DNA of 64,000 bases, taken from NCBI GenBank assembly GCA_051294905.1, contig CM119371.1:4652001-4716000 (forward strand), in the 5' to 3' direction. The position numbers were made by a program, and so were the translations under genes. The DNA is from Botryllus schlosseri (taxonomy: Eukaryota). Positions within the stretch are counted from its first letter, which is position 1, and each line of letters begins with the position of its first letter. The notes under the pieces are model-generated. The model had not been told where the DNA came from. It did no database searches and saw nothing but the letters and a program-made list of their open reading frames with translations. This document shows, piece after piece, positions 10,210 through 23,552 of this stretch.

Positions 10210-13200
10210 TACGTTCCTCAGAAACTGCCGAAAACCGGCTGAAACATGGCGCCCAAAATTTTGGAAAGCCAACTACAGAGTTTCAACTGAAAGTTTTTCG
10301 TATGTCTTGGCAAAATCTAGTTCTTGATTAATTTGATTTTGAATCAAGTATTACATTTCAAGTCGCGTACTCGAGTTTCATTCATCAACACTAGAGCCCA
10401 ACCGCTATCATATTTCTGAGCTGATAGGGACAAGCAGCACCTTCAATGATAACCACGATATATTCAGGCTATAGTGAAATAATATGGCAACTAGTTTAAG
10501 ACATATTTCCAAACGTTCAGAGCATTTATTTGAACAACTTTGCTATACTTATGTATGAAATAAACGAGAAAGGATGCATCTCAACGCATCCAAGCAGAGT
10601 CAGTCAGTAGCAATAGTAGCCTACCTCTACTTTCGCAGAATACTCAATAAGGTTTTGACCCGCATTTTCACCCTTATTAGTAGTGATGACTCTGAGACGA
10701 CTGCAAGAACATCACTCAACGAAAATCCGGTATCATGATTCACGACAAACGAATACACGTGTTTTCTAGTTTATCGGCAACTAAAATATTTTTGCATGCA
10801 CAAGTAGAACTACAGAACTACTCACTTTTTAAAATCTGCAACTAAGTTAAGTAATTATCTGAATTACAGGCATTGCTTCTGAAGTAGCATGAGAAAGTCA
10901 AATGTGTCAAGATATCGGTCTCCATCGAAATTTGAATCACAAGCACGTCGTTTGATTTCACAGATTGTTCCAAGACAAGGATTTAGTCTGTATCGTTCTT
11001 GAGTTGTGTAAAAGAAGGGTAAAGGTATTTCCTCATTACAAATGTAATATACCTCTAACTGTGCCGGCCGAAAATGCATTAGAACTGTAATGTGCATGAC
11101 TAGCAGACTTCTACAACCAGATCATTATTGCTCTGGCTAAATATGGTAAAATGCTTATAATGTAATTCTAATCTAATTAGTAAACTATTTCTATATATAT
11201 AGTGTGAAACAAGTCAAGATTGGTGAACAGTTATTTACTATTCTCATGCTCATGATAATCAAATCTGATTTGATATGAACTGAACTTGATTTCTTTTCCA
11301 ACTAGGCAATTGTGATTCTAATCTAATTTGGAAAATTTTGTTTCATATAATTAAAATTCTAATCTAGTTTGGATAATGTGTTCATTTTTTTCTGACGCAG
11401 CTGCGATCACTTGGGCTGTGCACAATAATTTGATGACTCAAATCTGAATCGAGTATCAATTCTAATCATTTGAGTCGAGCGGTAGGCACTGATTGTTTCG
11501 AGTACTGACAATATACGCTCCATGCCACAAAAGGAAAAAATTATATTACCAATAAGCTGAACTGAACCAATGGGAATTATACTTTCGATAATATTTCTCA
11601 CCGTGAAAAGCTGTAAACCTCTATTGGTCTTATCGCAGCATACGAAACACGTAGTACAAAGCTACTCACGTTACTGAAAATGACATTTCTGCGAAGTCGG
11701 GACCAACCTAAAGCATTGTCCCATAGTACGATGAAATAGCTATGGTCATAAAGTGAAATATAATCTTTATGACGTGACTAGAACCGGCATTATGTTCCTT
11801 GTGGTGTTGCTGTGACGTTAACATGAGTGACTCAAGCTCATTATTTGATTCAGAATCAAATCACTCACATACTCTATTTTAGCCAGCCCTATTTATCACA
11901 CGTTCATTATCATTAAGCAAGTATTAAATGAAGTTTATAGTTTGGAAGGTTCACCAGTCTGCAAAAACTGTTGTCCCATCTGACCGTCCCTCTAACTCAG
12001 AAAGGTTGAGAATTACTGTCCAACAAATAATATTGTTATTCTCATTCCAGTAGACCAGCTACCTTATTATTTGTTGTCAGTCGCTGATGGAAACTACAAA
12101 AGAAGATGCGCCATCACAGAACCAGAGACTTGGTGTTGTTTGGTTTCGTGATTGTAAAATCATTCACAGAGATATCAAGGTAACATTATTTGCAGTAGTG
12201 CATTCATAAATAATCTTCGAGAATGATGTCAGAACTAGAGCCGACTGATGATTGGTTCGTCAATTTTGGGATATAATTATGCACATTATGTACCATCAAC
12301 GTAAAATGATTGATGGCGCTACAAGCTCTCTAAAGTGGACTTGTACAAACCACTGGATTTTCAACATGTGCGACAAGAATTAGAACTGCTTACTTTTCTT
12401 AATTCTCTACTTGAACCAACGATCATTGAAAATCTGCTACTAACTAACTAATACATAACACACTAATGATTGTTTGGTTACAAAATTACAAATGAGCTGA
12501 GAAATATCGGGGATAGAATTGGCATCTTAAATTGACGGGGTTTCGAGTTTAAAACGGGAGTGGTTTTTGACCCATAATACTCAGCCCTGCCTATACCACT
12601 GTTTGGCGTGATCACTCTGAGTCAGGGTTGTAATTCAAGTTGCGATTTTCAGTGACTCGACTTGACTCGAGTCATTTGTTCAAATGACTGAAATGACTTG
12701 TCTCGAGACTAGGACTGTCACTGTAACTTCGAAGAATAGTAAAGTCACCACATAATTGGTGTTTCGTATAGTAGTCCTGATACTTAAAAATAGGGCCAGA
12801 AACTGTTAAACTGAGGAAAATAACGATATTATCAGTGTGAACCATTCTATATCACTCGACGACAGTTGGAAAATGGTGATTGAACCAGATTGGACTGATA
12901 ATGGAACAGTGAACATAATGACTTGCACTCAGACTCAGATCTTTACTAGCTGATTTGGATTCGGACTTGACTCGATGGTGAATTGGAAATGACTCGACTT
13001 GATTCGAGTGAAAACTACAAAAGTGAGATTGACTTGTGACCTGGTTACAACCCTCCCCTGAGCTAGTAAAGTCTGCAATAATATCATGCAACAGAACACC
13101 GGTATCACGACGACATACATTTTCGAGTTGTCGGCAACTACATTTTTTGAATGAACCACTCACTATTCAAGATCCGCAACTACAAACAAACAAACTTACT

Positions 13201-16079
13201 TTTATATTATGCAACTAAAACCTGAACTCCTCAGTAATTGAATATTTGGTAATTGAATATGAAAGTTGTATCGACAGCTTGGAATCTATTCCTGAACAAT
13301 ATGAAGATGAAGATCGGATATCTCGGAGAGATGTCATCCTGGCTACCAAAGTCGACTTTGACACAAAAATACTTTTTGTGGCACACCCAACTATATTGCC
13401 CTGGAAGTTGTTGGAAAAAATGGGCACAGTTTCGATGTAGAGACCTGGTTGTTGGGCTGTGTTTTGTGAGTATGTAAGAACATTCATGTGAAACTTTATT
13501 AAAAGGGAATTCCGAGGGTCTCAAGTGTAGGACTGGGAGATTCGAGCAACTGAGTGATTTGATTCTGAATCCAATGTAAGCCTTAGAGTCCAGTATCCGA
13601 GTATCTCTCAATATGACGTCATAGAAGTATGAATAATGTGGAAAGTACAGATACATACTTTCACGCGAGCACAAAAATATAATGCCAGATCTACAATTTT
13701 GCATCACATTGAAAATGATTGCGTATATTTTTGACCACGCCAATTCTATTGCACTTTGTGACTTCACAGACGCTGCCCAATAGATTTGGCTCAATTCCAA
13801 ACAGCCGAATCGCAGCAGAGCCAATTGAAATTTTTGAATTTATTTAAAAAGGTAAAATTTTACTGTTAATCCGATGAAATTGCGAAGTTGCCCAAAATAA
13901 TGATGACAGTTTTCGCTCACTTCTAACCAACCCTACTTGACAGTGCTGCCAAATCTATAATTTCTGTCGAGTAGCAAGGATCGTATCATTTCGGTGCTCA
14001 AAAAATCATCTCTCATTACTCGACTGCAATCATTGTGCCCAACCTTAGCTACTGCATATTGCAGAGGCTTCTAACGTTATTATCAGCGAATCTGGTCAAA
14101 ATCAAGCATCTTGGTGATTGGATTACGTGGCCTGTAGCCTGTATCCTGCCAACAATCTGTGCGAATTCGAGTTCTTGTCTGGTTCCATGCTGAGTATAGA
14201 TTTGTCTTTTTATGAGGTCATAAAACCTACCAATCCACATTTTAACCTATTATGCTTTTGCGAAGGAAATGAATTTTTTCAGCCCTCGTCACAATTGCAG
14301 TGCAATTATTTCAAAATTGTATCATCTCACTTCTGTACTAATACAGAGACACAGAAGCACATATGTGACAAGCAAGAAGCGACCATTATTTGCAGTAATC
14401 AATAATTAGACTTTTATATGGCAGAATTGGAAGCTCAACTAAAGAAATTAATGCGCACCAATCCGACTTTGAAGTTTGCTATAAATATAGGTTGGTATTT
14501 ATGAAATCAGTAGCCTAATTGATTTCATTTTTAATCGACTTCCCTCTTACATGTAGGCCTACTTGTACGAATCAGAGATTTTATAGCATTCATGACTTTC
14601 ACAACTGAAGAATATCATAAATTCTCTGTGCAAATCCAGTTTGTCAAATGACATTGACGCAAATCTGACCGATACCTTGAAATCAATGTCAGTCTCAAAT
14701 TCATGATAGATCCAAGTTACGGCTGTTGCTCGCATGTGACGTTGTCGAGAAGATTGTTGACGCTTGGGCTGTGCAGAATTAATCCAGTGGGTGCTTGAAT
14801 CTGAATCGGGCATTATTTTTCTTGATTCCAGACTAATAGTGAGAAACGATCGGTTCCATCACTGAAGTCCCAGCGCTCCTTATTATTCAGAGTTGATTGA
14901 TCAATGAAAATGATTTCTTCGATACTCATGTCCACTATGCATACCTGTAAACTATGATTGGTCGTCTCGCGACATACTTAACATGAGGTACAGGCATGCA
15001 CGCCTATTAGTGGAAACCACATATCTGTCAAGTCGTGATCATCCTACAGCATTGTCGGTTTATCGGTTAAAAAAAAATTGTTGTCAAATTTTACAGGCCT
15101 GCTAAGTCAAAACGGTTGAGAAACACTGATTTAGACGTTCCCAACAAATAATATTGTTGTTTTCATCCTGTCACTCCGATTACCTTTAATTTATGTTTTC
15201 AGTCGCTGATGGAAGTTTACAGAAAAGACGGGCCATCACAGAAGCGGAGACTTGTTATTGCATGCGACAGATTCCGATCAACGTCGTTATCTTCACGATT
15301 GTAAGATCATTCACAGAGATATCAAGATAATAATTGTAGTGTAATTGTCTAATAAAACTAATTCGAGCGAATGCCTGTAATCTAATTCAAATCTAATTTG
15401 TCAAATTTTTCTATGCTGCCATTAATCTAATTTCTGGTTTTCCTGTAATTGCTACAGGGGAACCGTGTCGTGCGAAACCAACCAAGATTGATATACAGGC
15501 ATTTGCCATTCTTGCGCTGATGAGAATGAATTCTGGTTTGATATCAACTGATCTTCATGTCCAAGGTTTTTGTCAATTAAGTAATTCTAATTCTAATCTA
15601 ATTTTCAAAAATCGGTGTAGCTATCATTGTAATATTCTGAATTGGAAAAAGCTGTGTAGCTATAAGTCAAATTCTACTCCAATATGGAGAAAAAACTTGG
15701 TAGCTGTGATTTCAATCGTAATCTAATTTGGAAAAGTTGAAAATTATCTAGTGGATAAAGTCTACAAATAGGCATATCCTGATACTTGAATCTCGTCCTA
15801 CCAAACACGGAAATAGTATACCATTTCAAATCCAAATCCTGATTCCCAAACAATCTCATAAAAATGTGAGTTACTAGCTGTGATTTTATTACTATTCATG
15901 ATTTTATCAGCAGAATGTTTGCATGTGACCCCTCTCAACGACCCGCTGTAAAGGAAGTGCGGCCGAGCAAGTATTTCAAATGCTACATTCCACAGAAACT
16001 GCGCAAAACCTGTTAATCATGGCGCCCAGGATCTCGGAAAGCCAACTACAGCGAAAGCAACCTTTATAGAGTTTGAACA
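10210..16079 (+). pseudogene. PLK1: Scrambled-order PLK1-like pseudo-exon cluster
   Basis: 10210-~10287 (YVPQKLPKTG*NMAPKILESQLQ), 10870-11018 (..[32 protein letters not shown]), 12081-12179 (..IIHRDIK), 13278-13465 ([41 protein letters not shown]), ~14334-14490 (linker, DFYMAELEAQLKKLMRTNP), 15203-15326 (..YLHDCKIIHRDIK), 15914-16079 (MFACDPSQRPAVKEV..YIPQKL). Stops and frameshifts throughout. Confidence 0.88.
12623..13055. mobile_element. Non-autonomous hAT-type element with GACTCGAG/GACTT arrays
   Basis: Termini cagggttgtaa / ttacaaccctc; degenerate 8-bp TSD ctctgagt / ccctgagc. The paralogous empty site gtgactctgagctagtg is at ~3307-3323. Same family as 43984-44557 and 47769-49247. Confidence 0.75.
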
Positions 16080-17409
16080 GTGAGATTTTTTTCTAGCTCT
16101 TAGCAAATTAGAGTTCGAGTTTAATTTGATTCTAAATTGAGTGTTACGTTTCTAGTCGCGTACTCGAGTCTCATTCATGATAACTAGAGCCCGACCGATA
16201 TCGTATTTTTTTTAGCCAATACCGATAAGTAGCACTTTCACCTACAACTCCCGATATATTCGGCTGATATTGAAACAATATGGCAACTATCGTAAGGCAC
16301 ATTTCCAAAACTTTAGAACATTGATTTGAACTTTAGAGCCGTTGCTATACTTGGACATGAAATATACTATAAAGACTGCATATGTACACTTGTATGCAGA
16401 GCCAGTCAGTAACAATAGTAGCCAACTTCATTTTTTTCAGAATACTCAAGTAGGTTTTGCCGTGCACTTGCACTAATACTCGAGTCACTCAAATGTTTCT
16501 AGACTACTTTTGTACCTCCTATGTAACAGTTCAGTTTTTTGGCAAAACCAGGTCTGGAATACTTGCTTGAAATCGCTACTGCTGCTTGTGCTCGAGTAGA
16601 CATTTACAATGTTACTTCTACTTCAATCCTCGAGTACCAACGTGACCACTTGTAAGTTAAGAGATATAGATGAATATTCCCGATGTAGCAAACGCAAATA
16701 ATAGTTTTCCCTGCTACCCGGTTGTGACGTCACAGAAAGTGCCGATATTTTTACCTCTCATAGCTGATATAGGTCCAGCTCTACTATGGACTCGATATGA
16801 CTGGCCAAACGATATCATCGGTCTGGCTATAATTACAACTTATTTAAATAAACCTCATCTCCTGACACTCATGAACTGGCAATATCTCCTGATTGTAAAA
16901 TTCATCTCTAGTTCTAGTTCTAAACACATTCCATAGGGCCGCATATGGAACTGCTGAAATACAATAATCATTTTTGATTAGTTTTAGTAACTCAATTCAA
17001 CTCAAATCCGGGTTAAAGATCCCTAATTAACCAACTAATATGCCTAACTGATGATACGAAATACTGAATTTCATGCACAAATAGAACTAGAACTACTCAC
17101 TTTTCAATATCCGCTACTGAATCTAGTACCCTGTATCTGAATTATAGGCATTGCTCGCGTATGATCACCAGAAAGAAAATGTATCTCAAGAGATCATAAA
17201 TATCGCAGTTTGAATCACAAGTACGTCGTTGGATTTCACGGATTCTTCCAAGACAAGGATTTTGTCTACATCGTTCTCGAGTTTGTGCTAAAAAAGGTAA
17301 AAGCATTTCCTTGTTGGAAGTGTAATGTCTCTCAAACTATGGAGCTCGCAATTGCATCAGCTATGTAAGGTTCATTTCTGGCAGACTTTGCCAACTAATT
17401 GATATAAAG

Positions 17410-18981
17410 CAGAGGTCTCAAACACGCGGCCCGCGGGCCGCATGCGGCCCTCGAGAACATTTTGTGCGGCCCGCGAAGGCATTTTTCAATTTCAAGTATT
17501 CGACAATATATTCTAGTGTCATATATCTTTTTTTATATTTAGGAACTTAAAGTTCACTCAAAAACTACTACAAAAACCTGAAATCTAAACAAACTTCACT
17601 ATCACATCACTTTCTAAAATCTACTATGCAGTGGAAGATCGCTATTACGTCACATTTCTGGTTCATGATGACAAAACATGAGCCGTTGATGATTCGTGAC
17701 TGAAAATTGTGATTTTGTGTGGTGCGACCTTTAGTCAAATTACTCAATTTTGGATTGACTGGGTGATAAACTAAAATTGACTCGAGTTGAGTAGGGTCGA
17801 ACGTTGAAATCAGAGAAGGACTTGTCTCTCGGAATAGTGACTTGGCAATCCTACGGACTCAAAAATCTATGAAACTGTCGTAGGGAATAGTAATATATCA
17901 AAAGCCCGTAGCTTGCGTTGCGTAGGTTATATAGAATATAGAAATACAATCAGGTCTGTATGGAAACCATTGGCATTCTGTGGCCCCCGTGACGTAGATT
18001 TGGTTACATCCTGGATGTTGTTTGTTCTCTCTGTCCATGTTATTACCGGTGGCGAGTAAGTTAGTAGTACGCTCAACAGCTGTAACACCAATGGATTCTT
18101 CGGCGATTAGTCATTTCTATTCCAGGGGTTCATAACCAGGGGTCCGTATCCCCTTCGTGGTACAAAGCACCACATCAGGGGGTACAAGATGCATTGTGGA
18201 AATTGGCCTATATGCTGTGGAATCTTTTCTGGGCTAATTAATTCAACTGGAAAACATTCTTCGCGCTACGCTCGATTTTATTTGAACGGACATTCTGATT
18301 TTTACATAGGTCCCAGCAGAAACAGTGTTAAAAATCGACAGGGGTCACTGGAAATCTAATTGAAAGTACAAGGGGTACGATCGCTAAAACGGTCAAGAAA
18401 CAATGCTATTACTATGGAACAATAATGATTATATTTAAGTTGTTATTGATATGTTCCAATATTAATCGAAGAAAACCTAACGCTGCTTTAATTTGACTTT
18501 GACAATGACAGTCACAATAGCCTATACTTATCACGAGTATATCAGAAACCCCGATTCGGCTACACCGTTCACATGCTCTGATATCAGATCAATCTTTAGT
18601 GAATTCTAAAATATTCTACATAAAATTGTGGCATTTCAAAGGTCAAATAACTGCAATATTACAACCCGACAGCTTTTACGATATCATCATGCGTCCTCTC
18701 GCATGATGTCTAAACTCATTATTTCTAACAAATTATGCCCGGCAAAAAAAAACGATTCTATTCAAATATTTGAAAATGTGATTTTTTCGTGTCAAGCATG
18801 AATAGTATAATAGTAAATTATATTTTCTCGGTGGCTGTGAAATGCCTGTCTGGAAGGTGCCGTTAAATAAGGCCTAGTTGGATATTATACATTGAATACC
18901 CCTATTTCTTGATGCTGCGGCCCGCGGGTCATCACAAATTAGGAAATTGGCCCGCGAGCACATTTGAGTTTGAGACCTCTG
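17410..18981. mobile_element. Non-autonomous hAT (Charlie-like) DNA transposon
   Basis: Perfect 14-bp TIR cagaggtctcaaac / gtttgagacctctg; perfect 8-bp TSD ATATAAAG (17402-17409, 18982-18989); gcggcccgc subterminal motifs. Absent from the mirror arm (~58700). Confidence 0.92.
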
Positions 18982-20445
18982 ATATAAAGTGTACAGATTT
19001 TTGGTGTATTTCTTTTGCAAATTTAGTAATTCTAGTCTCATTCGTGAAAAAAAGGATGTAGCTGTAATTCTAATTCTGAGCACATTTGAAAAAAAAAATG
19101 GTAGTTATCATTCTAATCTAATTTGGAAAAATATCCAGCTGAGTACTCGGATCTGAATCGAGTATCAATTCTAATGATTTTGATTCAAGGTGTGAGCCAT
19201 GAATTTTGTTCGAGTACTGGAATGATAAGCTCTCTGCCACAATAGTCAAAATGATTACTAATAAACCTAGCTGAGAGTTAATTTACCAACGAGAATTGGC
19301 GTGGAAGGCTGTAAACCTGAATCGGACGTACGCAGCATAGCTACATAGGTTTCTGAAAAATCACATATTTGTGAAGTCTTGGTCAACCCAGAGCATTGTC
19401 AAAGAGTGCGGTCCATAAAATGTCAAATAATCTTCAATGTGATGCATAACGGGGATTGGACTCTTTGTGGTTGCATGGAAGGTGCATATTTGAACTTTAT
19501 ACATCATCCACGCTGTTGTTATGACAAAATGAGTTTTACTGATATAGTCGACGTGACTCGAAGCTCAATACTCGGTTCAGTTTCAAATCAGTCAGGTATT
19601 CGATTTTGCACAGCCCTACGTATAACAAGTCTAATATAAAAATAGCAGCGTGGTATTAAGTTTCTAACTTGTAAGGTTCACCGATCTGTAAAATTTGTTG
19701 TTGAATTTTTACCCGCCCCCGAGCTCAAAAAGGTTGAGGACCACTGATTTCTATGTACCCAACAAATACTGCTATTGATTTCATTGTATCAATCCGATTA
19801 GCTTTGATTTCCATTGTCAGTGGCCGATGGATCTCGACAAAAGAAGACGCGTCATCACAGAAGCAGAGATTCGTTCTTGCATGCAACATATTCTGCTTGG
19901 AGTCGTTTATTATTTTCACGAGTGTAAGATCATTCGCAGAGATGTCAAGGTAACATTGTTTGCGGTGGTTCCAGACAGTGCAAACTGGTGGATTTTTAAT
20001 ATGTGCAACTACAACTAGAACTACTCATTTTTCAAAACTCGTAACTAAAACTAGAACCAACAACCGTTAAAAATCCCAACTAACGAACTAAAATATAGCC
20101 AAGTAATGCCTGATAATTTAATTTCTGAATTGCAATTGAGCTAAGAGATATTGAAGATAAAATCAGCAGTTCAAGCTGAATTGGTTTCGGGTTTCAAACG
20201 GGAGTGGTTTCGACCACCCAATACTCCCCTGATTATACCACTGTCTTTTGGTAGTGATGACTCTGAGGTCCCAATCTCTGCAACATCATCACGCAACAGA
20301 ACACCGGCATCATGATGACACGCATTTTCTAGTTGTTCGGCAACTACGTTTTAATGCACAACATGAACTGGAACTGCATACTTTTAAAATACGCAAATAT
20401 AAAACTAGGACTACTCAAAAAGCAGCAGCTACTGTAGTTCGCTAT

Positions 20446-20844
20446 TGTTCCGACGCGGCACTAAAATCAATGAGTGGCGCTTTGTCAGGTGTTGGATCCT
20501 GTCTGCTGTACACTAAATCTGCCTCGGACTAGTCAAACCGTTGCGTATCAATCCTCTTCTGATCACAAATTCGAGCAGTCCAAACGAATAATACGGAACA
20601 GCTTGTTTAGAATAAGACATGTAAATGGCAAGATTAGCAAGATTGCTTGCTCGTCCGATAACAGTTGGACAAGAGCATGGAGCAAGAAATTGCAGCAACA
20701 GAGCAATATAAAGGTAAACGAAAACGGACGATGCAACGATTCAATCAACCAATCATGAAATCAAACAAAACAATTAAGAGTTGTCGAGGAGAATAACGGA
20801 ATGAAAATAAAGGACAGTGACTAAAAACATGACTTGTCAAAACA
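20446..20844. mobile_element. Solo LTR of an LTR retrotransposon
   Basis: 399-bp insert with TGTT...AACA ends, 5-bp TSD GCTAT (20441-20445, 20845-20849) and AATAAA at 20806-20811. The mirror arm (~57400-57430) shows the empty site gtagttcgccatcattt. Confidence 0.85.
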
Positions 20845-21181
20845 GCTATCATTCAGCTGGATTGGTAGTTTGTACTTTGTATACTTGTGTAACTCGGCGT
20901 GAAATTTGTATTAACAGCTGGAGAACCTCTCCCGAACAATATAAAGTTGAAGTTTGAGATTTCAATTGAGCTACTAACGGTCGACTGTGACAGCCACACA
21001 ATGAATACTCATTGCGGCAGTCCCAACTATTAATGAACCGGAAGTTCTCGGCAACGATGGACAGATGTTTCGAAGCAGCAGACATCTGTTCGCTGGATTG
21101 TGTTTTGTGAGTAGGCTATGATGCACCAATAGCACCATTGATTATTGATTTTTATAAAATAGATAGCAAGGGTCTTAAATG

Positions 21182-21640
21182 TAGGGCTGGGCTAAATCGA
21201 GTACCTGACTGATTCTATCCTGATCCGAGTATTTGGCTTCAGGTTGAGTATTTGACTATCATCTCTTGTGACGGCATGACGTTATGGAAATTGTGGAAAG
21301 TTCAAATATGCGACCAGAAATAATGTAATGCCATTTCTACATCACATAAACTAATTTTGTATCGTTTCAATCATTGTTATTTCTTTGTACTATGCGACAA
21401 TGCTGTGGCTTGATCGCGACTTGATATATAAGTCATTTCCACTAACACTGTACCTTTCTACTACATATTTCTTAAGATGCGATACGGCCAATCGAGGTTT
21501 ACAGCCTTCCATGTTATAAAATGGCGGCGAAATCATAATTCTGGTTCATAAAATTAACTGATGGTGGCAAGAAGCATATCATTTTAGAACTGGAAATAAT
21601 CATCTCTTACTTCTCGACTCGAATCATTGTGCCAGCACTA
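21182..21640. mobile_element. Exemplar of a dispersed ~450-500 bp MITE-like family (tagggctg termini, TCGAGTA arrays)
   Basis: Shared core (acaatgctgtgg..tcacgactt..atatgtcatttcca) recurs at about 2070-2590, 3730-4130, 11410-11890, 13520-13770, 14760-15060, 19140-19620, 41800-42250, 46290-46540, 56630-57080, 58075-58550, 61420-61920 and 63350-63600. Confidence 0.7.
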
Positions 21641-23482
21641 GCAACAAACATCCGACTTGATAAGTTGATACATGTTTTTCTTTCTCGTAGGTATATGCAT
21701 TGCTGGTCGGTAAGCTACCGCTTGATGCAAGACGTTGCAGTAAACTTTCATTAAGACAAGAATGAATAGACGATTCTACAAAATAATCACCACCAGCTTG
21801 TGATCGTATCAAAAGATATGTTGTAACTCATTTGCCTTTTTTCTAATGTGCTCCTCAGTATTGGGATGACCGCGTCAACTTTTTCAAGTGTCTTGACTTA
21901 ACTCGAGTCACAATAAAAATCGAGTAACTTGACTTGCCTCGAAAAATCGAGTAACTTGACTCGATTCAAAATGTGCAATGACTCGATATGACTTGCGACG
22001 CGAACATGGTGACTTGTTTCCAACTCTGACCTACCATGATTTTCACAGTTTGTTGGCTGTTGACCCATGAGAATGAACTACTGTGAAGCAAGCACTGTCC
22101 AGTGAGTCAGTCTTTCAAGGTTACATTCCACAAGAACTGCCGACAACCTGATTGGCTATCACGCCTAAAATATCGGAGAGTCAACTGGAGCCAAGTTTCA
22201 AAAGTGAGGTTTTTACAAGTCTTTAATATTGTTATGGATGCGCGAAATCGAGTGCTTGAATCTTGAGTATCATTTTAGCACTGGAGAGAATCATCTCTCA
22301 CTTGTCAACTGGAATCATTGCAATAAATACTTGATTCAAACTAGACTACTTGAACCATTGTGCGCAGCCTTAGTTACGATGAGAGCACGACCGATATTGG
22401 ATCATTGAGCCGAACCGGGGTCATAAGGACGCGAGTCATGACTCGACTCGAGTCATTGCACATGACTTAGCGAAGTCGTAAAACTTACGGCAAATCAAGC
22501 CAGAAAGTGTATTTTATGTTTGAATAAGCCAATTGAGAGTAGATGCGGTCAAAGTAGCCATCACTGGTACTCAAGTAGAAGTAACGAGGTAAATTGACAC
22601 TCAAGTAAAACTAAAAGTTGTGATCTTCAAGTAGGTAAAAAGGTCAATGTTCCAGGTCTAGTTTTGGATTGAAAACCGAAAATTGTTTTGTAGAAGTAGA
22701 AATCGTCCATAATCATAACTACTTGAGTAAGTATTGCAAGTAGAAGAAACCTAGTTTAGTACTTGGACAGAGAAAAAGTACTTCTTTACTGACCATATCT
22801 GGTTAGAGTGAGATAAATGAATGTATTTTGAATGCTAGGAGTTCGTTTTACTGGAGTGGAGTTAGGAAAATGAGTTGAACATGACTCGGGTTGTGACTCG
22901 ACTCTCATTACTATGACCGGTGACTCAGAATCTTGTGACGTGATTCAAACCCTGTCCGATACCGATAAGACCGGTAACTAGCACCTTCACCAATAAAGCC
23001 GATATTCAAAAGCTAAGCCATCTTGCGTAAGTCACATTTTCAAAAGTTTATTTGAACACCTAGCTCTTGTTATGTTTGGATATGAAATAATCTAGAAAAT
23101 CTGCACCTGGACACTTGTATGCAGGGACTCTTTATGAGTTTGTATATATGAAAAACTTACCAACCCAAAGTTTACCTGTTATATGTTTGCAAAGTAAAAT
23201 AATTCTTTCTCCCCTAATGGCAAACGTAGTGCTATTATCCAACAGCTGTATCAGCATATTGTTTTACATGACAGGTGCCGCTAATACAGAGACACAGAAA
23301 CCTGTCGGTGACAAGCCAGAGGCGACCTATGTATACAGTAACGAATCACCAGACTTCCATATGGCAGACGTTGAGGCTCAACTCAAGAAATTGATCGATA
23401 CCAATCCGTCATTGAAGTCTGCTATATATATAGGTGAGTATTGATTTTATAATCACTACTTGACTTTATTCTGAATAGACTT

Positions 23483-23552
23483 CCTCTTTGAAATGTAGGA
23501 TACTTCTATGAATAATACCTCTTTGAAATGTAGGATACTTCTATGAATAATA
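23483..23552 (+). repeat. Perfect 35-bp tandem duplication, left arm only
   Basis: cctctttgaaatgtaggatacttctatgaataata x2; single copy in the mirror arm near 54715-54745. Confidence 0.9.

Noticed and set aside
18123..18405. Additional nested hAT MITE inside 17410-18981
   Set aside because: The termini resemble cagtggttctcaacc-type ends but are degenerate and no TSD could be confirmed, so it is not listed as a feature.
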